Source: Geosiphon pyriformis uo1
Lineage: Eukaryota > Fungi > Glomeromycota
Assembly (NCBI GenBank): GCA_016748015.1
Contig: JAAOMT010000602.1
Span: forward strand, 1,005,696 to 1,069,695
DNA: 64,000 bases
Direction: 5' to 3'
Shown: piece after piece, positions 12,480-25,065 of the stretch
Numbering within the stretch: the first letter of the stretch is position 1
Layout of the letters: the number at the start of each line of letters is the position of its first letter
Translations under genes and position numbers: made by a program
Notes under the pieces: generated by a model
Seen by the model: the letters and a program-made list of their open reading frames with translations, nothing else
What the model was told of the DNA's origin: nothing
The model's database searches: none

Positions 12480-15400
12480 TTTTTTTTTATTTAGTTTAAT
12501 GAGTGTGGCCCAATTGCTATCTAGAAAACATGTGATATATACATATTACAAAGTTAAATGTGATTTACATATTTATGATATGTAACCAGCCACTCGGACC
12601 AGTCCAGGCTACATTACAAATTAGCCACCACTGATACCATACCTCCCATACTCGAAAAAATCTAACAACTAGTATGCAGACCAGAATACACTTCTCTGGT
12701 CTTATATACACTAAGCAATCTAACAACTTCAACACTCAACCTATCTCTAATAATATCCACTAAATGTGACATACTGTCATTGGCGACTATTTTTCTTGCT
12801 TTTTCCATGAACAATCAGTGGTTAGATCTTCCACACCATATTACAGATTTGTGTAATAAAGCCAGGTCCTTAACAAAATTAATCACCATTACACCAGCCA
12901 CAACAGAGCAACTAAGAGCATCCAAAGCCTTATGGTACCAACCACTTGGCACAAAGCCTTTAACCAACATAGAATAAAACTCAGCATTACCACACCAAAA
13001 AATAGGTCCTATATCATCATAAAAAAAGAGACAATAACATTAGGCAGTAACAACCATCTTGTGCAAAACCCAGACAAAATTTCATTATAAGCCAACATAT
13101 CAGAGAAGCACACAAAAGAATATTCAGATGTGTCAACTTTATCACAAAACAGACACTTGACACTAGGATAAAAAACACAGTACACATGCTTACGGACTGC
13201 TATAAGCAAACAACCATACAATGATTTCATAAAATATGACCTCAAAGCTGCTGACTGATAGCTTGTGTAGCCAAAAGCCATGTGACCATCAGGGTGCCAG
13301 ACTGCAAAAGTTTTCTTCCAATCTACTGAATTAATCTTACAAGTATCGCTGATTTTGGAACCAAACTTATTTTCCTAATTTGTTTGATATAATGTTTGAA
13401 AGAAATTCCTAATGTAGTATTGAACATTGCAAGATAACACCAAATCACCCAATTTTAAAAAAAACTTATTGACATAAGTAAGAAATAAGGTGTCACACCA
13501 GCAGACATCTGAAGTGATCTCATCAGCATGCTCATTTCCCAGAACGCCAGAATAGCCTTTAACTTAGAGCCATGTCACAGCAAATAACTTCCTCCTAATA
13601 AAATTGACTATCTGTCTACACTTCATCTATAAATTTTTCTTAAAATCAGAACGAGCCAAAAGCAATTTGTCTAAACAAACAAAAAAAGCCACCTGGCTAT
13701 CAGAGTAGATAAAAACACTACTACTTGAAGGGACACAGGTGAGTGCGAAAGCAATAGCTTTAAGTTTCCTAAAGTAAATGACATGATCTCTTGAATTTTT
13801 GTACCAACACCAAGACCCAACTTTGAGAAGAATGCAGCAGCCCCAGTTACAACAAAACAAGAGCCAAAATGTTTTACAGAACCATTTGTAAACACATCAA
13901 ATGAGACCAAACCAGAATCCAAAAGAATAGTTTGAGCCTCACTAATTGCATTGGTGACAATAAAACTCACTGGATGATCAACAGACATACATGGCCTAAC
14001 ATCAGCAGCTAGCAAACAAGCACCCAAAAAGTGAATGGCCAAGTCAAACCAGACCAGAACAGGGCCATGCAGATTCAACCACTTTCAATGCTTAAAGCAT
14101 TTCCAGTTGAAACACTTACTCTTTTTGTTTAACAGTTAATCTACAAAAGTGATTCTATAGTGCATTAGCAAACGGGCCACTCCAAAGAATATACTGTTAC
14201 TGAAAACTTCAGAGATTAGCATTCCAACAGAGTGATAAAAAGCTGTCAGCAGAGTAGAAAAGGACAGTCCACAGAATGAAAAATTTTTTACCATCCCAGC
14301 TAAAAAATTATCCCTAGGATTGACCTGCAATTTGATAGAATGGCACAATAGATGAACAGATAACCAGCTGGCAACTTGCAAATTCAAACTCCAATGAATG
14401 AAAAGTTGTCTTAAAATACCTGGAGCATTTGCAAAATTAATAACAGATGACAATTTATTTTCAGACTGTACCTGGGCAAATATTTTGACACCATAAAATG
14501 AAGAATGTGACAATGCAGTCATAGAAAAATCATGAGAGAGATGCATCTTAAATTTTAAGTCTCTCCTAATAATAGCATCTCATCTAGAGTAAATGACATT
14601 AGGAATGAAACTAAACTGGGTCCTGTAGCTGATAATAAGTTGCAAGACGGATAACATCAGATAGCAGAATTGTTTATCAGATATAGTTTTGTGCAAAACC
14701 ACATTTGAGAAGAAATGCACATCTGAATGTGTCTTTAGTAAACTTGGCTTTGAAAGCCCTTCTATTGATAAAAAAATGCCCAAATAATGATAAGATTCAC
14801 TCTTTCTGGCCACAGCAATTGGTATGCCACTAATGGTCAAGGAAATGTCTTTTACTCTTTGATTAAAAGAAATAGCAACAGTTTTCTTTGTGTTTATAGA
14901 AATATTATTGAGAGCAAAAAACTCACTTACAACATCCAAAATACATTGGATGGCAGCTTGACTACTGCCCACCCAGATTGTATTATCCACAAAAGCCCCA
15001 GCAACAAAAAAAGATGTCATTTCTGTCTGTAATTCTACTCTGCCTAACTTAGCAACAAATTTTGAGTCAATTTTGTATTCACACAAGTGTTTTTGACTTT
15101 TGATTTCACACAAAAAAAGATCATAAAAAATTCTCCAAAGAAGTGGAGAAAACACTTCACCTTGGTCAAGCCCATCCAACACCTTATAACCATCAGAGAG
15201 ACCAAAATCTGTTATAACCCTGTTGGTTCTGTTCAAATGGATATTCTCAAAAAATTTAATAAATCTATTGCACATTTTAATGCATCTCAAACTAGACTTC
15301 AGATGAAACTATTTTACAGAGTCATAAGCCTTTTACATGTCTTGTAATACCATTTAAAGTTCCTTACTCTTTTTTAAAGCATCTTCTATAATTGATCCAA

Positions 15401-18400
15401 TAATGAACACAGGCAACTGAGTTGAAGTACCTTTCAAGACTGAAAAATTGTCACCTCTGAAGATGTCAAATGTGTTATAAGCCAAAGATATACAGTCAGA
15501 CAAAATTTTTGACAAAATTTTATAAGCAGTTTTTATTAAAGCAATTGGCTATGTATTAGTGAAACATTCTTTCCATTTGTATGGTTTAGAGATCATAGAG
15601 ATCCAGGTGCATTTTCACAAAGCCAGAACATTTCCATACACAAGACAAGAATTCAGTAAGTCCAGAAAACAACTTAATACCAAATCACTATTATGTTTCC
15701 AAAGTTCATTTGAGACACCCAAGAGACCAGCAGCTTTGCTATCTGGCAAATTCTTTACAACTGCACATAAATCACCCAACCTGATTTCATTCATCACACC
15801 AGAAAAAGTATTGTCAACCACATAGTCTAAAAAGGCATACTGATGAGACCACAGATCAGGCACTGATTCAAGTACTTTGTGTTTTTTAGTCCAATCAACC
15901 ATGATATTATCAACTTTGGTCTTTACTTCAGCCAGTTCTAGAATTAAGTCTCCATCCAATACCAAGTGATCAAGAACAACCTTGTAAAAGAAGCACTCTA
16001 GAATACTACTGATCATATTACCCTTTCTTAAAACAAAGTCATCCATGTGTTTACTAATTGCCCTATTGATAGAGACATTTTTAACCAGCTCAGATTCGAT
16101 ATACTTAACCTTATGATAATGTTTTTTAACAACTGACAATTGTTTGAAAACCTCTACAGAATTGCTACATGCATCAAGCAAACCAGAAATTTTAGAGGAT
16201 TCCACATCATCCAGAACTGACCAAATTTTAGCAAGACAGACAAATCTCAGAGAATCACCCACACTCAAAGCCTTAACTATCTTGGCAATTAACAATTCAA
16301 GTCTGTAGAACCTAGACAAATGTTTGTTCCTAAAACAGTCAAAAATACTGTACCAATATTTAGAAAAAATGGAGTCTACTGACTTTGTTAACACCTTTTC
16401 CAAAAGTTCCCACATAGCATTCAAGTCACCAAGATTCTTAGCAGCAGTAAAGTTATCTTTCAAAAGCAACATATCAACAGTAGTACAATTATCAAAACAT
16501 TTCCATTTAGCAGTATCTGAGTCCTTAAAATTAAACTTCCAATGGTCTGTGTTCGCAAGCTTGTGCAATGTATTTAACTGCTTGTCTAAAAGGCCACCCA
16601 GCCCCACTGAGATTGATACAGCCAAATAATCAGTATCAAAATAGTCAGAAACTCTACCAACACATTCACCAAACACAGCTGATGAGAGATAATTGCTCAC
16701 AAAAATGAAATTAATAGTCTTTTTCACCTCTCTGAAATTGCATCACATAGAAGACTTGGATATGGGACCTGCTAAAAGTACATTGTGTAAACCCAAATCT
16801 GAGCATTTTTTGAAATTCACACTACGCTTAGCCCCATTCTCATTAAAATCACCACCGAGAAGAATATAAGAGCTAAAGCTAATTGCTAATGCAATAAGAG
16901 CATTGACAACAGAAGCCTGCTTGAACCTTACACCAGCTGAAGCACCAGTATACAGACCCAAAATCATAACAGAAGCCTTGCCAGCAAAAAGAAGATAAAC
17001 AGAAATAAGACGTTCAGAGACTTCTGAAATTTTACACACATGATAAGTAAATTCATCATTCAAAACAATTGCAACCCCTAACCCACAATGTCCAGAATTC
17101 ATCCCAGAGTTAAAAACTTTTAAACCAGAAAACCTATTCTTAATTTATGGCTCAGCACAATTTTTGAACTTAGTTTCAGTAAAAACAGAAACCGAATTGT
17201 AAAAATCTTTATGTCATCTAATAGTATCTTCCTGTTTAGCTAAATTGTTTAAACCCCTAACATTACACATGGCAAATTTCCAGACCAAATCACTTATTGA
17301 GAGATAATAGAAGCTGGTGAATCCAAACCAGAACACAATCAATTCAACTTCTCCAAAACTGACTCAACTGACACTTCCAAAGCTACCAACTTAGATTCCA
17401 ATCCACCCATCTTGGTGGTTAAAACCTTAGAACTACTTGAGCTAAGATCAGCAACTGTGTCTGCAACAACTAAAAAAGGAAGAACAGGAGATGCCAACAT
17501 ATTATTTATAGCCATATCTGAATTCACAACAGAGTTCAAAGGTGCCGGAATGATCAGAGGTGAGACAGATGACTTGGATGCCAAAGGCACCAATTCCACA
17601 AAACTCAGCTTCTTCATAATATTAGACACCTGATCTGCCAAAAGCTCCAAAGACCTTTCCAAGACCACTAAATAATTACTTAAGCCAGAAGAGACTGTAA
17701 ACACAGGAGAAGAGATACCACCAAGACCTAAAAGTCCATAAAAAGAAAGACTAGGACCAAATCCAGAGTGAACACTACCAGAAGACTTAGAGAGTGAGAC
17801 CACTTGGGCCCAAGATTTGCCACCAAAAGCAGCAGAACAAGATATTGGAACACATTTTTTTTCATACAATTTAGCAAGCCAAAAATGAAGTTTCTCTAAA
17901 GCACCCTTTTTGTATGATCCCTTAGATGATGGCAGCATGATTGCATCTGGTGTATTACATTCAAGAGCTGAATGTCTAAAATGCCCACATTTCTCATAAC
18001 AAACCAAATCCATTCTAGTCCAAGAAAGTTTCATCCCATTGAAGATAGGCTCCATGTGAAAGGCAGATTCTAAATCATCATCAGAGACAAAACTAACTAC
18101 TGTACAGCAAATTCTATTACCAATTTCTATGGACCTGTTTATGATACATGTTTTCCTACCAGTTCTTTCCAAAAGATTGCCCAAATCATAAATAGTTGTT
18201 CTCACAGGTAGAGTAAACAGAAGTGCTTTGAACTGATCCCTAGATGCCCAAGTTTCACAATTTTCCACTGTTTTGGCTACACACACAGAATCTTTACCAA
18301 TCAGAAATGACCACTTTGAGACCAACAAATCAGCTTAGTTTAATTCAGCAAACTCCATCACAGCCTTTTGCTACATTCCAATTAATTGAATTTTGATCGA

Positions 18401-19310
18401 CTTAATTTCCCCAAATTCAGATATTGCAGCAATAATCATATCTTTAAGCATATTCATGGGAATTTCCTTGATTATTACAGTCTGATTTGACCTCATTCCT
18501 TGTCTCTTAAGATTGCTGTTTACATTAATCCCTTTTTCTCTGGCCAATGATGTGGTCATATTTATGTTTTTTTCAGAAGTAAAGGTAGATCAGATGATCT
18601 CTTCAAATTTTGAGGGGGTAATAGTCCTCCCAAAACCATTAACTGATGAAAAATTTTTTCTAATTAACTGGGTTTTTGCTATTGCTGATTTCCCTTCCAC
18701 AACACTAAGATTAATATTAAGAGCAAAAAATTTTTTGGCAGACACCTTAACCTGAGTCTTAATAATTTTTGGGTCAATTTATTTCTTTTCCAGAAAAATT
18801 GAAAGGCAAAAAAAAAGAGAAACATCTTTATCATTATCCATGACAAAATTAGGAGATCCAAGAGGTGAACCAAAAATAGCACTAGTATTAACATGCTTGG
18901 CTTTAGAAGTGTTGGCAGCTGAATCCAGAAGAGACCCAACATTAATGCCAGTCATGTTAGCACTTTCTTTGTCACCAAACACACTATCCACATCAAAAAA
19001 CATATTGTTATCAAGCTCAGACTTGTTTAGAAAGATATCTTTTTCATAACCTGAGTGTTTAATGTTCTTAAGCACAACTTTTTTTTTCTGCAAAAAAAAG
19101 CCACCAGCAGAACCATGAAAAGCACTTTTTGGTGTCCTCTTTTTAGACATGTTGCTACTAAAAGCAGTCTCCAAGTCTACGAAAAATGGGTTATTAGAAA
19201 GAGAAATTGTGAAATACTAACAAGAAAAAATAAAAAACTTCTTTTTCAGAAAAGTGCTTTTTGAGAATTTGTGGATATAAGAGAAAAAAAAGTTTTTTAA
19301 TATTAACATC
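12480..19310 (-). mobile_element. LINE copy 2, full length (~6.8 kb): ORF1 (RRM-like plus CCHC knuckle) ~19174-17300; ORF2 APE-RT-RNase H-Cys motif ~17297-12620
   Basis: Motifs: CEKCGHFRHSALEC; APE LLGGDFNE; RT GLDQGEVFSPLLWRIFYD and FVDN(D); RNase H VFTNGS...SDSQ; CLFC at the C-terminus. Poly(A) tail appears as a T-run at ~12477-12490. TSD CTCCCAAATTT (12469-12479) / CTTCCAAATTT (19311-19321). Confidence 0.93.
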
Positions 19311-19321
19311 CTTCCAAATTT

Positions 19322-19440
19322 ATAACAAAAGAGTTATTAAGTAAAAAAATAGTAAAATATATTAACAAAAAAAAACAAAAAACTTTTTTTTCAAAATTGA
19401 GTTCTTTAGAGAATTTTAGACATAAAAAAAAAAGAAATTT
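19322..19440 (-). mobile_element. Displaced 5' UTR of LINE copy 1
   Basis: Parallels the LINE 2 5' UTR (19180-19290) and joins 12479 through the TSD. Confidence 0.75.
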
Positions 19441-19587
19441 TTTATATTTTTAAAACTTTAATAATTACAATAACATTTATAACAATATTTATTTTTCAAT
19501 TATTAATAAAAAAAGTACTATAATAAAAATAATAATTATTTAAAAATTGTTTTTATTAATAAATAAATTTAAAAAAATCATTAGATC

Positions 19588-20337
19588 TTTTTTTTTAATA
19601 AGTTTATTAATAAATTTAATCTAACTACTATTTAATATACAAAACAAACTAAGTAATTTTAACTAAATATGACTTATATACTTACTATATGTAATTAGTT
19701 ATTTAGACCAATTAAGACAATACTATATACTTATATAAATTTTTGTATTATTGTCTATACTTAAAAAAAACAAAAAAAATTTATATAAACCAAAACTAAT
19801 AGTAAATAATTCAATAATATTAAGTAAATAAATAGTTTTAGCTAACAAAAAATCAAATAAACTACAAAAAACATTGGATATTATTCTTGTATTATTAATT
19901 AAGCTACCTTTTTTTATATTTATTCTAAATTTAGATTTAAACAATTACAACTTATTATAATATTTCTTAATCAAATAATAAATAAAATCAATTATTATTA
20001 ATACAGTCTTTTTTTTATTACTGAAAATCAATACTGCTTTATTAACTTAGTTCTTAAAAACAAACTTTTTATATAAAATAGCATAAATACTTATATTTAA
20101 TATTTTTAATAAAAAAATATACAAAACCAAGAACATTAATAAAAAACAAGCTTTTATTAAAAATTTTTACAATTTAATACAATTAAACAAAATCTTAAAA
20201 CATACAAAAGTATTTTTTAAACAAATAAAAACATAATTAGATAACTTAATATTACTATATATTAAGCACAAAACATCTAAATAGTCTTTGTTATAAAGTC
20301 TCTTTTTAACAGCTACTGATAACTTTTTATGAACTAT
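19588..20337 (-). mobile_element. 3' end of a very decayed LINE copy
   Basis: Minus strand from 20337 reads VHKKLSVAVKKRLYNKDYLDVLCLI, matching 31606-32244 (VHHKLSVVVCKRLYDKKYPGVLCLL). The 3' UTR resembles 32277-32400; T-run at ~19588. Confidence 0.8.
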
Positions 20338-23300
20338 TATTATAAATTATTTTCTTTTAGTAATTATATTATAATTAATTTTTATGGCTTTTTTAGATTA
20401 AGCAATAATATAAAAAATTATCTAATTTTAATATAAAAATAAGTATATTAGTTTTAATTAGCATTAATTTTAAGTTATATTGAATTTTTATTTAATAGAT
20501 TATTATTATTTTTTTTATTTAAAAATCTAAAAATTAACTTAGTAAATTTTCCTTAATTTTTTAGCAGATATTAAATAATTTTTTTTGGTAAGTGTTTTTG
20601 TTATTGAATTTAATGTCTAATATAATGTTTTTATTGAAATTACTGTTAATAGTTACTGCTATACTAGTTTTTTAAGAAGAATTTTTGTTGTATTTCTATA
20701 TTTTTAATTGTGTTTTTTTTTGAGATTTTTACAGAAATACTCTTTTTATCTCATGTTAATACTAAACATCTATATTTTTTATTTGTAATAAAATAGTATT
20801 CTATTTCTAATAAATTCAAAAAAAATTAAAAATAAAACATAAAATTCAATAAAATTAGTATTTATAAAATAATTTTAACTAGAGATTATTGTTCAAAAAT
20901 ATGAAGAACTTGTTTCAGATTTTTAAGTCAACTGTTAATTTTGTCCAAAGTATTATTATAAGTAATTTCTAGATAATTTTATGTAGTTAATATCCTTTTA
21001 ATGTGTTTTTAATTTTGTTAATTTTAAGTCTTATTTATGTTTTTGTTAGTATATTAAATGTTTTTATCATTGTTTTTATTAATGAAAAGACAATAGTAAA
21101 AAAAGTAATGACTTTTTAGGTTATTTGTAGAAAACCAGATTATAAAGAAAGATTTTCAATTTTACTAATTTTAATATCAATAGATATTATAATACAAAGC
21201 TTAAAGAGCATATTTTTTAGTTTTTTTTGGAATTATAATTTAATTTTTTAATTTTTTCTTTATTTATTTTATCTAATTAACTTTTTTTGTTTTTTATTAT
21301 ACTTTTTTTTTGTCTGTTTTTTTTTAATTAGAAAGTTATATATATACATATTTTAAGTTATATATAATCATGTTTATTCTAATTGATTAGTAAATAATTA
21401 CTAAACTATTGGGTTTTTTGTTTGATTGTAAGTGTTTTTTGGCTTACTTGTTTATAATTGTATTAAATTAGATGTATTTGTACATGTTTTATATTCTATT
21501 ATATACACATTTTTTAATTTTATTTGTCAATTTGTACTATTTATACTATTATTTAATAATTAATTAATATATTATAATATTATTATTTTTGATTTTTATT
21601 AATTTCTATTGAGTAATATTATTCTTTTCTTAAGATTAAGCTTCATTAAAATTAATATATTTTTTTTTAATATTAACATTTAATATTAAGATCTGTATAT
21701 TTGTTTGAATTATTTATTTTTTAAGTTTTGAAATTTGTTATTAGTAAGCTTTTCAATTTTATTAAAAGTGAATATGTTTATTTTGTTTGTTAACAATACT
21801 TTTGAATAGTATTAAAACAGTATATAAAATTAGTATATTGTTCTAAAATAGTGCTTAAAGTTGCTTTTTTCAGTTAGTTTTTTAAATTTTTGGAGTTTTG
21901 TTTTATTAATTTTCTTGTTATTTTTTTAATATAGATTGTTTAAAAATTTAATTATGTGGTTATTATAAAGTGTATATAGCAAGAGAAAGCAATTAAGTTT
22001 TTTTTTGGGTATTGTACTTTTTAAGAGTTAGAATTTTTTCATTATTTTATTAATTAATATATTAATATTTTTTTATTTTTCATAGTAAAGATTAAAATGA
22101 TTTGTGTTTGACTTGTTTTTTGTATGACCAGATTTTTTTTTATATAATATTTCAGAATTATTAAAAATAATTTCTAATAGAAAATTATTTTTTTGTAATA
22201 GTTAAAATAAAAGTTAAAAAGTATTTATGATATTTTTAGGTATATTTATAATAAAATAAATTATTTTTATATATAAAAATTAAAGAAAGCTTTTAATAAT
22301 TTAATGTTTTTAATTTTTTTAATTATTTTTGGAATTGTTTTAATTTCTTTTTAAATATTAATAGTAATAATTTAAATGTAATTAATTGGATTAATTGTTT
22401 CTTAAATAATGTTTGATAATTATTATTGGTTCTAAGTTTTATGAGATTTGATTAGAAAATACAATTGGTATATGTATTTTTAATTTAAACATTAACAGAT
22501 TAGATAATTGTTGTTGTTGGTAGATTTTTAATTGGTTACTGTATACAACTTTTTCAAAATTTTATCACTTAAACATAACTTATATATTCTTTTATTTAAG
22601 ATATTATAAATATAAAAGAGTTTGTCTTATTTGTTATCAAATTTTCTGTTTTATTGTTTTTTTTGTTTTTGTTTAGTGTAATAAAACTTTGTCTTTTATT
22701 TTGTAAACAATAAGTTTTATTAAATAGTTCATGATGACTGCAATATATTAATTATTTTTGGTAATAGTTAATAATTTTACTAAATTAATTCCTGTTTTAA
22801 TAAATAATCTTCTTATTTTAATAAATTATAACAGTTTAATTACTTTTGATTTTTCTTTTTTTTAACATATATCATAATTGTAAATATATTAAATAATATT
22901 AACATATATTCTTGACTAGTAGTACAAACTAGTTGTTCATTAAATTGTGGCTTTTTTTGTAAAGTGTTCTGTATTTGAATTTAAGTGTATATTGTAGAAA
23001 ATAATTTTTTTTCAATTTTAGTAATCATTCAGAATAGATTATATTAATAGTATTAGTATAATATATTGTTTTTAACTAGGTAATATTTAATTTGTTTTTG
23101 AATTTTTGTTTGTTCTTTTAATAATAATTTTATTGGTAATTTGAGAATTGTAAGATAATTTATTAAGTATTAATATGTTTTAGTGTTTATTTTGATTAGG
23201 TAGTAAATAATTCTTAGTAGTTATATATGTTTTATTCAAGATAAACAGTTTGTATTTATGTTTTTGGTTTTTTTTATAAATAATATTATATATGTAGAAT

Positions 23301-23580
23301 TGTAAAGTAGTAACTTATCTGGTATAATGTTTTTTAAAAAAATTTTTGTTTATTAACCAAGTAAGTTCTTTGTAATTTATAATAATATCAAATAAATTAT
23401 TTAATAAATATTGTTTAAAATATTTTACAGCTTATATAATTACAAAGCATTTTACTTTATAAGCTGTATAATTCTTTTTAGCTATGGTTAAATTTCTATT
23501 AACATATATAACTATGTGTTTTTTTTCTTTTTTATCTTGTTATAATAATATAGTACTTAGACTTATTTTAGAAACATTAG
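20338..23580 (-). mobile_element. Ancient Gypsy element C, 3' half: RNase H ~23580-23221, internally deleted integrase ~23190-22410, ORF3 remnant ~22380-21640, PPT ~21619-21631, 3' LTR ~20338-21618
   Basis: Minus strand gives a decayed RNase H (HIVIYVNRNLTIAKKNY...AVKYFKQYL) and an integrase C-terminus colinear with 41620-41900. GAGTAATA-TTATTCTTTTTC at 21611-21630 mirrors the LTR/PPT junction of family A. The LTR left end is tentative. Confidence 0.65.
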
Positions 23581-24538
23581 TTATAAGTACAAATTTCTTG
23601 GTAAAGTCAAAATATACTAAGATAGAAGTTTTAATATAATTATTACTTACTATTTAATCAAAACTATCAAATATTACTATTCAATTAATAATTCAATTTG
23701 TACAATAAAAATTGGAATGATCAGATTACATAATACTTCAAACTATGTAATATTTAAGAATTTGCCAAAATTTGCTAAAATAATTAATATTTCACTGAAA
23801 TAGTCAATAGTTTGTAGAAATAACTTGTAGTTTAACAAAATATATCTTTAGTTTATCGAAATTATAGCAAAAAAAAAAGTTAAAGTTTATAGACTAATAT
23901 TATAACAAGTTGTATAAAAAAAAGTTTTTCTCTTTGAAAAAATATATCTTATTCTATCTATTTTATCTTAAAATTATCTTACTTAAAATTATCTTAATTG
24001 AAATAAATTATTTTTTATACAAAGTAACAAAATTAAGATATTTTAAAAACTCAAATTCCTTAAATTATTTACACTTAAAATTTCCAAAAACCAATTAATA
24101 TTTTAAAATTGATTAGCTACCAATTTTAATAATCTGTTAGTAATTCCAGACCTGAATAAAAAATAATTCTTTTAACAAAATTCTATTTCTTTTATATTTT
24201 TATATTTTTATTTTATTTTCTTATTATAATTATTAAAATAACTTACAAATAAAATTTTTATAAAAGAGTTAATTTTTATAGCAAAATAACTACATATTTT
24301 AGTAAGTTTTTAGATAAGCAATTTTTGAAAAAGAGTTGATTTTTATTACAAAGTAATTATATTAAATAACTAATACAAAATTGGTTATTTTATTTATAAG
24401 CCCAGCAATTCAAATTATAAGAGATAATTTGAAGATAAATTCAGTTATTAGAAGTTTACTAACTTTCAATAATCATGAATTAACAGCAAACTAACATTAA
24501 CAATATTCAAAAAAAAAGACCAAAAATCTTTAGTAATA
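23581..24538 (+). repeat. Decayed family-B LTR with unrelated flanks
   Basis: Colinear with 4675-5658; ends AAAATCTTTAGTAATA. Left flank is element C RNase H, right flank is B gag. Confidence 0.8.
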
Positions 24539-25065
24539 TTAAAAAAAATGTGATTAAAAATAGTAATTTGGAACTGGTTTTTTGTTCTAGTATTTACAAG
24601 TGTTAAAAAGTTGTTTTTAGTATATTAGGTGTTGTTTAAACTGTTTATGTGTTTTTTTTGCCTTTTCTGTTTGTTTTAAATTCAAACTCAAATTCAAAAA
24701 TAAATTATGAGTTAACAAGATATTTTTTTTACAAAATTTAATAATGTTGTAATCAAGTTTTTCAAAATAAGTAGCATAACTATTAGCACTAATGTTTTTT
24801 GGGTCTCTGTTTAAATAGTATATGAAGTTTTCAAGAAAATTTTGCTTAACTTCTATAATGTCGTAATTTCCAAAAAGTTAATTGTTAATTTGGTTTTCAA
24901 TGTATTGAAAAAGTGTTTTTTAAAAGCTGTAATTCTGTTTCAAATTTTAAATTGTTGTTTACAGTAAGTGTAAATTGACTAATAATATTTTAACTTTGTT
25001 ATATTTGATGCAATTACTATTTTTATTTAATTGTTGTTGTATTATTTCTATAGGAAAGCACCAAA
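24539..25065 (-). pseudogene. 5' gag-extension region and PBS of an old family-B element
   Basis: Colinear with 58195-58734; PBS reads TGGTGCTTTCC on the minus strand at ~25053-25063. Confidence 0.8.

Noticed and set aside
14787-19264. Plus-strand ORFs over LINE 2, and similar antisense ORFs over the other elements
   Set aside because: These are shadows of the coding strand with no independent motifs.
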